A stretch of DNA of 63,539 nucleotides, counting the filler, from Barthelona sp. PAP020 (Eukaryota): the NCBI GenBank assembly GCA_040182905.1. It is 3 parts of 3 records of this genome, joined end to end, with 100 filler letters (N's around TTAATTAATTAA, not from the genome) between each part and the next. Parts side by side here need not be neighbours in the genome. Positions count along the whole stretch, not along the records: positions 26,845 to 53,560 come from JARQWU010000134.1; positions 53,661 to 63,539 come from JARQWU010000187.1; 1 more part is not named here. The stretch is one strand, 5' to 3'. Of this stretch, positions 44,801 to 53,757 are shown piece after piece; the stretch's first letter is position 1; each line of letters begins with the position of its first letter. A model generated the notes under the pieces. That model saw only the letters and a list, made by a program, of their open reading frames with translations. It searched no databases and was not told where the DNA came from. Position numbers and translations under genes: made by a program.

Positions 44801-45741
44801 TTTCCTTTGGTTATCTTTTGGTGAATTCCTTCAGGATCTTCTTCCAAAGGAACACCGAATTTTATACTATCCAATAATTTCAAATTGGATGTCCATTGAC
44901 AAAATGTGTCATAGTTTAATGCTTTTGTATCCTCTTTCTTTTCTGTGAATCGCACATTTTTTTCTTTTTGTTGTGATTTTTCCTCAGTTTTCTTTTCAAA
45001 ACAATAAATATCGGAATCTTTTACCTGTTTTTTATTTCCTTTTTTGGTTTCAGATTTTTTTCCGTTGAATTTTTTTCTGAAAGGTATGTCAGGTACAGGA
45101 TTGAAATGTTCAACTCCGATATTTTGGCTTATTGCCACAGTTTCTTGGAAATTTCTTAGGTAGTCAAAAATATTTGCGTTTTGACCAATTCCAATTTGAT
45201 GGTTGACTTCTCTGAGCACTGCAACCGCTTCATCATATTCCATTGTAGCTCCCATAAAAAGTGCAAGAGCCAATGCATCCATAAATCTCACCATTTCGGG
45301 TTTGGTGAAAGAAATTGGAATAGGTTTGTAAAAGATTTTTGTATCTTCATCCAATTCCTTAAAAACTTCCCCCAAAGGCATATTGTTACCTTTTTGGGGG
45401 TTTTCCATCATTTTTTGTTGGTTATTCATTAGTTGAATAACCAAAGCACGTAATTGTGCCATTTCGTTGCCCACATCCAATACTTCTGATGCTTGTGGGG
45501 TTTCTTCTGTCTCTTCAACTGCTTCACTTGCATTTGTGACATTGTTTTGCAGTTGACTTTTGAGAGATTCAATTTCTTGCCGAAGGGAACCGTTTTCGGC
45601 TTCTAAACGTTGTTTCGAAATTGTCATAAAAAATTGGACCTAAAGATGGTCAAGAAACAACAAAATAAAGGAAGTGATATTTGATGACCTCTTTATATCT
45701 CCAATAAATTCCGTTCATTGAGCATGAACTTCCACATTATT
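41888..45741 (-). mobile_element. Full-length tyrosine-recombinase retrotransposon without LTRs or terminal inverted repeats
   Basis: Bounded by TTATT at both ends (41888-92 and 45737-41); termini independently defined by solo mini-copies; encodes RT, RNase H and YR; visibly more GC-rich than host genes. Confidence 0.92.
42052..45627 (-). CDS. Gag-like, reverse transcriptase, RNase H and tyrosine recombinase polyprotein (1191 aa)
   Basis: RT: KKNGKYRVIIDYR, IDLKDGYHH, LPFGL, YLDD (44356-44367). RNase H: TDAS, ELRAV, YCDN, NKIADAVSR. YR: TGCRIGE, K, HDFRH, LGH...TRRY. Confidence 0.95.
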   Translation of the reverse strand: MTISKQRLEAENGSLRQEIESLKSQLQNNVTNASEAVEETEETPQASEVLDVGNEMAQLRALVIQLMNNQQKMMENPQKGNNMPLGEVFKELDEDTKIFYKPIPISFTKPEMVRFMDALALALFMGATMEYDEAVAVLREVNHQIGIGQNANIFDYLRNFQETVAISQNIGVEHFNPVPDIPFRKKFNGKKSETKKGNKKQVKDSDIYCFEKKTEEKSQQKEKNVRFTEKKEDTKALNYDTFCQWTSNLKLLDSIKFGVPLEEDPEGIHQKITKGKYICNDVKLKEAFNGLIEEGAIVEAKTDGNLAPVFFREKKNGKYRVIIDYRDVNLNTPVYPFAYEPISPLFFLENHWGATIDLKDGYHHMNIAKDDQKKLGITFNDQTFTAKKLPFGLTVAPAYFASAMQVMVKEIRRKGVKITFYLDDFLIVGKTEDEVKESVLIATGIMQEAGVVINTEKSTLIPSQIVEYRGWVFNLEKDCKVKLQQSTGLKFSRTIQKTLSNPTLRSIQRINGQIEFAYTMHKQFYKIKCRLANILRGIHDKGPNCRIKLSEENRKLLRKTKQEVEDLEFVDFNITPRTVTISTDASLQGAGCYVFDQGKYFQVPHKSDGTIAEMELRAVLEALKEIVEDVPCDSTIAVYCDNANTIAALELRAKSKTLKTLGDEIHKLLKEEAIHLEARYINTEHNKIADAVSRKAEETEIRKLKQLEQPKLPLELEIPKETPQCFYNPLENKPFWPQHMNNAVIRPKKGSVARETAVIRELKKQDRKNSYMRLQPQKSAPRATSVQFLPEELQSRAKLGIGKGNWRKGKSNFLIPLPTIINEQGELFLEGDQTQIIENWLKEAVANKQTDVSIIHSTEINNSPLSGLLVSEKMEENKYKSKVRESVREYLSSNLKPSTKDQYRAKMRALMQFLRQQDEKMTINELTTSDIIHYFNFLRKDQQLKPSTLLSYLSAILSHLQANFPDKYREIACDPILEKFKETTSKLQKSNRTEGVQPPDTIEAYNRVNNNFRLNWNKGTKGLPDQTNAAIAIMLLTGCRIGEAVRSLSPYFTQGTLYNGKGEVPIHINGGLNDEGLKSRESTKLIEAWEMQSEAGQFLSRFLANRSPESPYICFSHKEVETKQFQKLERKVRSVLKQKAVKPHDFRHGYVIHKRNENKIFGLTEEETLEELRKQLGHVSTDTTRRYGNFV

Positions 45742-45904
45742 AGATATTTATCAGGTTATGATTTGTTCAGTGAACAACGAAACGAGTTAGCTTACGGTTT
45801 GGGAAAAACTTACTTGGATTCAGATACCCAAGTAACTTAAAAGATTGGACCTAAAGATGGTCAAGAAACAACAAATAATGGAAGTGATATTTGATGACCT
45901 CTTT
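45737..45904 (+). mobile_element. Diverged, truncated F1 mini-element in tandem with the full-length element
   Basis: Contains the AAGTAACTT mini linker and several substitutions; cut off by an F2 copy. Confidence 0.88.
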
Positions 45905-46227
45905 TTATTTCCAAGCCAAGAAGCACTGTGCGTATGAGTGAATAAAAAAGAATAGTGTTTGTTTGGTTAAAGGCTTTAGAAACTCGATTGGTCTATTGAA
46001 AAACTTTAAATTTTCTAAGGTAAAGTTCACTTCAAAATTTTGCTTTTGCAAAAATACAAAAAAAAATCGGAATGAAGAATTTCTTCGAAATTCTCCTGCT
46101 TGATCGTTAAAATTACATTTCAAGTCCCTCAATTCCCCTTCTGGGATTTTGACTGAAATCTGGCAGAATGTATTTTCTAAGTTTACTTTCTTTGCAAACA
46201 AGTGTAGTTGTTTCACAACTGGACCAA
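45905..46227 (+). repeat. F2 repeat, full length
   Basis: TTATTTCCAAGCC...CACAACTGGACCAA. Confidence 0.9.
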
Positions 46228-46348
46228 GCTTTACCTCTTAAAATCGAAAGTTTTTCAACTGATTAATCGCACCTTAAAAGCCTTTAACCAAATGAACATT
46301 ATTCTTTCTTATTCACTCATATGCATATACTTCTTGGCTTGGAAATAA
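46228..46348 (-). repeat. F2 partial copy (first ~120 bp), inverted
   Basis: ...GCCTTTAACCAAAT...TTCACTCATA...CTTGGCTTGGAAATAA. Confidence 0.85.
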
Positions 46349-46932
46349 ATAGGTCAATTTCTATCACAGATGACTCCTAGTTGCTTCGTCTTCCGGCATA
46401 CCTTTCAGAACTGTTGAAATAATAAATTCTGTTCCAATTTATATTTACAGGATTTTTGACTTGAAAGATAATAAATAAAGAAAAAAGGATGCGATGATTG
46501 TATTCTCTCCAAAATTTCTTTTTGAATATTTGGGGGAATTGTGAATCATAATATGTATTCACACAGAAACCAAATAGTTGTTTTTATCCAATATCTTCAA
46601 TCACAAATAAGCATATATGTTGTATTTTGCTATGGAACTCTTGAAAAGTCAAGCATTTGAAGCAAATCCATATTGACATTGTATTTTTCATAGTAAATGA
46701 CATTCAGTATATCTTGAGTGGTGTCAATATTTATAAACTCAACAGTTTTTGAAATCACAGCTTTTTGAAATCAAAAACCAAAATTTCTCAAAAAAGTTCT
46801 TTTCAGGTAAATAATAAATATGAACACAATACCACACTACTTTATTGAATAATACAATAAATTGAATTCCAACAGAAAGCTAAAAAAAAAGATGAAAAAT
46901 ATTTTTCAACATTTCACGTTCTTTTTTCACAT

Positions 46933-49086
46933 ATGTTCACCTTCGAAGAAAACCAAGGATCACACGAACTAGAACAACGTTCAAAGAAACGCAAAAAGAT
47001 GGCTAAAGAACCAGAAGAAGATGCATTTGAAAAATTGGATAATTTTTTGAAATCGAATGACATCAATATACCTGGAAGCGAGTTTGAAATAGTTAAATTT
47101 AATTTCAAAATGGGCGGATTTGGCTTCTTGCATCTTGGCAAGAGATATGAAAAGCTTGTTGTTATAAAATTCTTCATTGAAAATGTTACTGATGTTGAAC
47201 TTACCAAGGAATGCTTTCCTATTGTTCTAAATCACCCATTTATTCGACAAGTCTTTGGAATTACCGAGATTGACGGGAAGAAAGGTGTTGTGATGGAGTA
47301 TTGTGATGCAGTTCTTGAAGATATGATACCAGAGTTGTCTTTGAAGGAAAAGTTGGTCATCATGATGCAGGTTTCCACTGCGCTTGAGTTTTGTCATGGA
47401 AAAGGCGTTATGCATAGGGATCTTAAGCCAAACAACGTTTTATTGAGACGTGGAGTAGATGGGGTGTATACACCTGCAATCGCTGATTTTGGGCTTGTTC
47501 GTGATACAACCAGGAGTTCGGCCAATTCCATGATGGGTGCTGCGAGATATGCTGCTCCTGAGTTGGCAAATGAAGAGGATAATATAATAGGAACAGCTGT
47601 TGACGCCTGGTCTTTTGGTGTAATGTTGGCTCAAGTAGTGTCTGGTTTTGTTCCTTTTGAAGGGTTGAGTGAGTTGAAAGTCATTTTTAAATTGGGTAAA
47701 GGTCAACTTCCGTATAGCAAGGAATTGTTAGACACAATACCTGGGTTTGGAATCATTAAGAGGTGTTTGAATGTTGAGGCAGATGCCAGGCCAACATTTA
47801 GTGAGATCACTGAGTATTTGCAGATGTTGATTGAGCGTTTTGAGGGGTTGGGATTTGACGAGAAGAGGTTGGTGAAGAGAGTTGCGACTTTGGAAGAGGA
47901 AAAGAACAGTTGGCTTTTGGAAAGAAAGGGATATGTGGAAAGGGTTCAAGAATTGACTGATGAAAACGGTGAGTTGAAAGCTAAAGAGGAGAAATGGATG
48001 AATAAAAACAAAGAATTGGCCGATGAAAATGGCGAATTGAAAGCTAAAGAGGAGAAATGGATGAACACAAACCAAGAATTAACAAATCAAGTCGATCATT
48101 TGACAAACCAATTGAATGATCTTGTGAATAACAATAACAAGGAACCATTCAATGAAAATAGAAAGCAAATTGTCCGAGCAGTCGAAAGATTTGAAGAAAG
48201 GCCTGGATTTAGTGAAGATTTTCCTGATACATACGTTTTTGTCCTTGATTACAGCCCAGATGGACGCTTTTTTGCGGTTGCTGGACATATTAGTGAATTA
48301 CTCAGAGTCTACAACGCTGAAACACATGAAATTGTGCATGAAGCGAAGTATTTGAACGCTAGAGGTCTCAATTTCAGTCCAGACTCCAACTTATTGGCTG
48401 TTGGTGGTTTTGGTCCAGCAATTCATATCATTGAGGTTGATACTTGGAGAACAGTAAAAGTGATTACTGATATGGCAAGGCATGTAAACCGTGTTTGTTT
48501 TTCACCAGATGGCAAATTGCTTTCTTTTGGTATGCATAATGGTTGTATTGCGATATACACGGCAGAAGGACAGAAGTTGCATGAATCTCAAGCTCATGAA
48601 GATTTTGTTCGATCTGTACGTATCAGCCCCGATATGAAGTACTTTGCTTCTGTCAGCTATGATGGATGTTCAAAGTTGTTTTCATTGAAGACCTACGAAG
48701 AGCTTTACACGTGGAGTCATGGTAGGAAGATTGTCAACTCAGGCAGCTTCTCACCCGATAGTGCTTATTGGATAACAGGTGATGATAGTGGTACAGTCAG
48801 GATATTTCATGTTGAATCTAAAGAGTTGTTGGGAAAGTACAAGGTTCATGATAGTAATATATACTCAATCATCTTCTCCCAAGATGGTTCATTGATCTAT
48901 TCTGGTTCTAATGACAAATCATTTGCTGTGATTCGAAGAGAAACAGGTCAAGTGTTGCAGAAAGTGAAAGTACCTTTTGCTATTTATACCATCGCTCTCA
49001 ACCATGATAGAACTCGTTTGTTGTGTAGTGGTGACGGTTATTCAAATAATGTTCCAATCCAAGAATTCATTGCTTCAAACCTGTAA
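46933..49086 (+). CDS. Protein kinase (TKL-like), coiled coil and WD40 propeller
   Basis: GGFG, VIK, HRDLKPNN, DFG and YAAPE motifs; repeated FSPDG blades with GH/AH motifs. Confidence 0.9.
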   Translation: MFTFEENQGSHELEQRSKKRKKMAKEPEEDAFEKLDNFLKSNDINIPGSEFEIVKFNFKMGGFGFLHLGKRYEKLVVIKFFIENVTDVELTKECFPIVLNHPFIRQVFGITEIDGKKGVVMEYCDAVLEDMIPELSLKEKLVIMMQVSTALEFCHGKGVMHRDLKPNNVLLRRGVDGVYTPAIADFGLVRDTTRSSANSMMGAARYAAPELANEEDNIIGTAVDAWSFGVMLAQVVSGFVPFEGLSELKVIFKLGKGQLPYSKELLDTIPGFGIIKRCLNVEADARPTFSEITEYLQMLIERFEGLGFDEKRLVKRVATLEEEKNSWLLERKGYVERVQELTDENGELKAKEEKWMNKNKELADENGELKAKEEKWMNTNQELTNQVDHLTNQLNDLVNNNNKEPFNENRKQIVRAVERFEERPGFSEDFPDTYVFVLDYSPDGRFFAVAGHISELLRVYNAETHEIVHEAKYLNARGLNFSPDSNLLAVGGFGPAIHIIEVDTWRTVKVITDMARHVNRVCFSPDGKLLSFGMHNGCIAIYTAEGQKLHESQAHEDFVRSVRISPDMKYFASVSYDGCSKLFSLKTYEELYTWSHGRKIVNSGSFSPDSAYWITGDDSGTVRIFHVESKELLGKYKVHDSNIYSIIFSQDGSLIYSGSNDKSFAVIRRETGQVLQKVKVPFAIYTIALNHDRTRLLCSGDGYSNNVPIQEFIASNL
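47948..48080 (+). repeat. 63-bp coding tandem repeat (EL[T/A]DENGELKAKEEKWMN x2)
   Basis: AAGAATT recurs at 47948, 48011 and 48074. Confidence 0.85.
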
Positions 49087-49880
49087 AACTCCACATTGCA
49101 TTTTTCACTTACATCCCATGATTACATGTTTCACCTTGCTTCTCCGGTTCTACAACTTGTAAATTTAAAATACATTTTTATTTCACTATTCAATTCATCA
49201 TTTAATGTATTTTCAAACCACAGAGTCACTCCACATATAACAACAACAAAACTACCCATCAACCCAATAAAACCAAAACAACTGAACAATCAAATGATTT
49301 GAGAATTTCAAGACCTCAAACCTTTATGCTGTTGTTTTTGAAATGTCTCATCATCATTTAGACAAACACCTGTTTATTTGAAATAACTCAACAGGAAGTC
49401 TTCTTGAACTCTCAGCCATATCGTATCTTACCAAACTGACCCAAAGAATTGACCCTTTACCATCAACGAAGTTCCTTAAAGTGTGGCTTGGTGTTTTCAA
49501 TTGAACACATTTACTTGCCTCACCCGCCTGTGATTATACTACTTCAAATTCACATCTGAGTTGGTGCTTTCATTTTTTCAAGAGAAGTTTGGCATTCAAA
49601 GAATTGAAGAAGTTTGATCAATTAAGCCTCAAAAACATTAAACCAATTGTTTGGTTGTGTTCAACACATTTAACTTTCAGAGAAAAGAAAGGAGAAATCT
49701 TATTACTGTCATCTGGGGGAAAGTCTTACCATGAGAAGGAAATAAGCTGTGTACATTCAATTTTGTCAGGCAAGGATAATTTGGGATAATATTTCCATCC
49801 TAGCTCTTTTGTAATTTTGAGAAAGGATAATATTGAAGTTCTTCTTTGCGTTTCACTAATACTTTGTTACAAATGATCAC

Positions 49881-49963
49881 CAGGGCTTCAAAAGTTTTTA
49901 GCCAAATAAACACTATTCTTTCTCATCTGTACTGTGAGCACGGTGCTTTTAGCTTGGAAATAA
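49881..49963 (-). repeat. F2 partial, degraded copy
   Basis: CCAAATAAACACTATTCTTTCT...GTGCTTTTAGCTTGGAAATAA. Confidence 0.75.
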
Positions 49964-50015
49964 AAAGTAAATTTAAAAAGTTTATTGTTGAAAAAACAAG
50001 CAGGCAAAACTCCAC

Positions 50016-51143
50016 TCAACAAATGGCAATAAAATCATCCCACAAGATAATATCTTGTTCATCTTGTTCTTTATTCCATTCCATTCCGAATTTTTCAATG
50101 GTTTTTCTTTTTAGACCAAATTTAAAAGCTAACTGAAACAATTCATCTTCCTTATAATTTTCAAAAATGTGATGTTGCAAACAATTGATAATTTCGTGAC
50201 TAAATTTCATTCTCAATATCCTTTCTTTGTTATCAATAATGACACTCAGTCCAACTCTAATTAGAACTTTAATTCCCTCCATAAAAAAACAATCCATCAA
50301 TCTTAAAACGCAATCGAATGGCAAATCATATATAAACATGGTGGAAAACCATCTGGTTGTGATTATACCATTGAAAATTTCAAGATCAATTGTGTGATTA
50401 ATCAAATGATTTCGTATCTCAGGAGCATACTTCTTTAATAAACCAAACAGGATATAGGTAAACTTTCGAGTCAATGGCATTCCTGTTGAGTAAAATCCAG
50501 CCAATTTATATGGTTTGCTATACAAAATCTCTAAAGATGCATAAAAGGTTTCAACTTCAGGCAAATGCAGTAAAATAGTCCCAACAATAAACCCCATTCC
50601 TTGACAATAAGATACATCAGTTGAATGAGCAGCCAAAGCCAAAAGAACCCTTTTTAAACTACCTAATAGATCACTAGATCGGTCTGAAAACAAATGGTTA
50701 CGTGGAAATGTTCTTCGTAAATCTTCTTTTATTAAAGATTTAATTTCAACAGGTAAGTCTTTGGTTAACAATTGATTATAACATTCAATTTGAGATGATG
50801 TTAACTGGTCAAGGTCCAGTAATTTCGACCACACCAAACCTCGCAAACAATTTGGAATGCCTTTTCTTATAAGTGATTTAAGCTGTTTATTTTTGGAAGA
50901 GTTTATATGAGGATATACACCATTAAAATATTCATGCCATAAAGGAATTATATTGTACCATTGAGTTAGTTTATTTTTTTCAACCTCTCGATATTCATCT
51001 ATATTATCTAATGGTTGATTTGGATTTGTAAAAAAGCCAAAGAAATCCCTTCTCATATTTGTTGAAAAATTGGACAGATATTCATCTGTAGAAAGAATTG
51101 GACTGGAAGGTGAGGATATTTCATCAATTATGTTACTACACAT
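50016..51143 (-). CDS. TBC-domain Rab GTPase-activating protein
   Basis: IRKGIP..LRG.VW, IKEDLRRTFP and YCQGMGF motifs. Confidence 0.93.
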   Translation of the reverse strand: MCSNIIDEISSPSSPILSTDEYLSNFSTNMRRDFFGFFTNPNQPLDNIDEYREVEKNKLTQWYNIIPLWHEYFNGVYPHINSSKNKQLKSLIRKGIPNCLRGLVWSKLLDLDQLTSSQIECYNQLLTKDLPVEIKSLIKEDLRRTFPRNHLFSDRSSDLLGSLKRVLLALAAHSTDVSYCQGMGFIVGTILLHLPEVETFYASLEILYSKPYKLAGFYSTGMPLTRKFTYILFGLLKKYAPEIRNHLINHTIDLEIFNGIITTRWFSTMFIYDLPFDCVLRLMDCFFMEGIKVLIRVGLSVIIDNKERILRMKFSHEIINCLQHHIFENYKEDELFQLAFKFGLKRKTIEKFGMEWNKEQDEQDIILWDDFIAIC

Positions 51144-51454
51144 CCAATAGAAACAATCATGTATAAAAAATTAATGATAAAAGGGAGGGTGTAATTCTTT
51201 GCACGAAAAATGGATTCAGGAAAAAAAAAAAACTTGTTTTTCTTGCATTTCGGCAAATCACTTTATTTTCTTTGTCTATATTGAAAGTTGTTTGAGAAAC
51301 AAAGATCAAAATATTGTTCTTTAAATCCACCTTTCTTTTTTTCAATTGTAAACTATTCTCAGTGTCATATTGAACAATTTTTTTTTTCAACAGAAAGGAA
51401 AGCAATATAAAAAAGAAAAGTGAAAAAATAAAAATGATAAAACGATTTACAACT

Positions 51455-53062
51455 TTATTTCTTTTCGAACCAAGGAGCAGGACCATAAAATTGTCTGACA
51501 TCATGAGTTCTGGTAGAATCCTTTACATCAGTATAGTCATAATTGGGATACTTGGCTTGGTTGGCAACATAAGAACTCTCATGGAATTCAACATCAAATT
51601 CCAAAGCCCAAATTTCTCCAAAAGCAGCTTGACTGGCATCCCAATATGAATAAGGATATGCATAATAACCACAAGCAGTTTGATCATTTTCAACAAATGT
51701 ATCAACACGTCCTAATAATCTTGCAAGATCATCAATTCTCATGTTTTCCACAGTAACCTTCTTAGATTCATTCTTTTGATCGTTGAAATCAACAAATTCA
51801 AAAGTGTAAGATTCATCATCATAAAAAGATGACTTATTGACACAATAAGTAGTCGAGGCATCAAAATCCAAATCAGTATATTTGCTGTAAATTTTTAATT
51901 GAGCAGTATGATCTTTCAAACTTTCAGACCAATAACTAGGATAAGAATATCCGTTAAGGGCAGTCAAACCATCACATTCAAGCCAGTTTCGAGGAGAATC
52001 ATTGTTAGGACAAATAGTTCTTTCATCACGAGAAGAAATTCTTCCCATGAGGAAATCAACAGAATGTGAACGAGAGACATTCCAAGAGTTTCTTAAAATG
52101 AAAATACCCTTTTCCAAATGACCAGAACCAGTCATATCAAAAACATAATTGTCGTTATATCCATCAACTACCATAGCATGTCCACCAGAAAGAGTAGGAA
52201 GAACCTTATAATTGTTAAATTGACCTTCAGAAGTGGTGAAACCATGAGCTAAACGATAGACACAGTTTCCATCTTCATCCTTATATTCACAATTTTTACA
52301 GACAGCAGAATTGGCGAAAGCACCAGAACATTTGGCATTAACATATCTGGAGGCGAGGATGGGAGTGGAAAAACCAAGAGGTCTTTGTGTTCTAACCAAA
52401 GCTTCCTTGATATCAGCAGGTTCATAATGTGTTTTCATAGATTTAATAGTCATTTTAACAGGGTTTTTGGCAAGAACATCATCAAGACGAGGACAATCTT
52501 GATCTGTATCAATATTATCTTCAGGATAATAAGGACATGTAGAGTGAGGTACAATTTTATCCTCAATATATTCTTTGAAATACCAAAGCCAATAAATGAA
52601 ACCATCATCAGTTTCACCAGTTGCTTGGGGTGTAATAGGACAGTTGTCAGGATTCTCTCCACAATATCTGGTGATAACTACACCATAAGCTTGTTCAGAA
52701 AATTCAACCCACTCATTCTTTTTCAAATAACCTTGTTCAAAACCTTGTGCCATGTAATGTCCTTCTAAAACACCCATAGAAGCAAAATCCCAACAAGTTC
52801 CTCTGTGTTTTTGATCAGATACTTGATGAGTATGAGGAATTGCATATTTTAGAGGCAAGGGAGTTACACTGTCTAAATTGAAACTGTCAGCTTTTTGTCT
52901 CAAATAATGAAGTTCTTGACTATTGTTGAAAATTTTAACAGTTCCTGCAACCAAAATAACAAGGAAAACAACAGCAACTATCAAAAATAATCTCATTTGA
53001 GAAGCATTTTTTTTCACCACATTAGATTCAGAATCTAACAAAGGCATCGAAGGGTCCACCAT
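51455..53062 (-). CDS. Membrane-anchored papain-family (C1A) cysteine protease
   Basis: N-terminal TM helix; QKHRGTCWDF, GGHAM and RNSW catalytic motifs. Confidence 0.87.
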   Translation of the reverse strand: MVDPSMPLLDSESNVVKKNASQMRLFLIVAVVFLVILVAGTVKIFNNSQELHYLRQKADSFNLDSVTPLPLKYAIPHTHQVSDQKHRGTCWDFASMGVLEGHYMAQGFEQGYLKKNEWVEFSEQAYGVVITRYCGENPDNCPITPQATGETDDGFIYWLWYFKEYIEDKIVPHSTCPYYPEDNIDTDQDCPRLDDVLAKNPVKMTIKSMKTHYEPADIKEALVRTQRPLGFSTPILASRYVNAKCSGAFANSAVCKNCEYKDEDGNCVYRLAHGFTTSEGQFNNYKVLPTLSGGHAMVVDGYNDNYVFDMTGSGHLEKGIFILRNSWNVSRSHSVDFLMGRISSRDERTICPNNDSPRNWLECDGLTALNGYSYPSYWSESLKDHTAQLKIYSKYTDLDFDASTTYCVNKSSFYDDESYTFEFVDFNDQKNESKKVTVENMRIDDLARLLGRVDTFVENDQTACGYYAYPYSYWDASQAAFGEIWALEFDVEFHESSYVANQAKYPNYDYTDVKDSTRTHDVRQFYGPAPWFEKK

Positions 53063-53378
53063 AAAAAAAAATAAGTGGGCTTTTTCAGGTTCTTCTCATT
53101 TATCAAATAAATTCAATATATTTCCTAATTTCTTGACCTTATTTTTCTTCCATCTTCTTGGTTGTTTTTCAATTGTTTAATTAGTACAAAAGTAGTTCTT
53201 CAAAAAGTGGTGGAGTTTACATTGAGAAGGAAGTGCATTGTTTGAACGAAAATTAAAAATTGATAAACTGTTTTTACTTTTACAATTGTTAAGAATATTC
53301 ATTTTATTTTGGATAAAGTGGTTGAGAAAATTGTAAAAAATAATGATAAAATTGTTTCTTTAATCTTTCAACTAAAAA

Positions 53379-53560
53379 ATGAATGCAAAGCTTAAAATTT
53401 CAACAGAAAAAGTGAAGTGTGTTGATTACCATCACACTGAACCATTTGTTTTGTGTGCTTGTTATGATGGGTCAATAAGATTATATAATCATATTACTGG
53501 TCAATTAGTAAGAAGTTTAGATGTTAGTTCCGAACCATTACGTGCATGCAAATTCATTGA
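53379..53560 (+). CDS. COPB2: Coatomer beta' subunit, N-terminus only (truncated at a contig join)
   Basis: KVKCVDYHHTEPFVL...YDG....YN......VRSLDVSSEPLRACKFI. Confidence 0.85.
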
Positions 53561-53660
53561 NNNNNNNNNNNNNNNNNNNNNNNNNNNNNNNNNNNNNNNN
53601 NNNNTTAATTAATTAANNNNNNNNNNNNNNNNNNNNNNNNNNNNNNNNNNNNNNNNNNNN
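53561..53660. other. Artificial contig-join spacer
   Basis: 44 N + TTAATTAATTAA + 44 N. Confidence 0.92.
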
Positions 53661-53757
53661 GATGGTCAAGAAACAACAAAATAAAGGAAGTGATATTTGA
53701 TGACCTCTTTATATCTCCAATAAATTCCGTTCATTGAGCATGAACTTCCACATTATT
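53661..53757 (+). mobile_element. F1 terminal segment at a contig start (a mini-element or another full-length copy)
   Basis: Identical to 45645-45741, ending CCACA-TTATT. Confidence 0.88.

Noticed and set aside
45628..45904. Ngaro/PAT-type split direct repeats (A'B'-A-ORF-B)
   Set aside because: The extra copy is diverged from the element's own ends, truncated, and carries the linker found in solo minis, so it is better explained as an older neighbouring mini
41569..46227. F2 copies acting as LTRs of the retroelement
   Set aside because: The two F2 copies are clearly diverged from each other although the ORF is intact, and solo minis define the termini inside them
45905..46348. MITE with ~120-bp terminal inverted repeats
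   Set aside because: It is a full F2 plus a diverged inverted fragment; no other F2 copy has this arrangement
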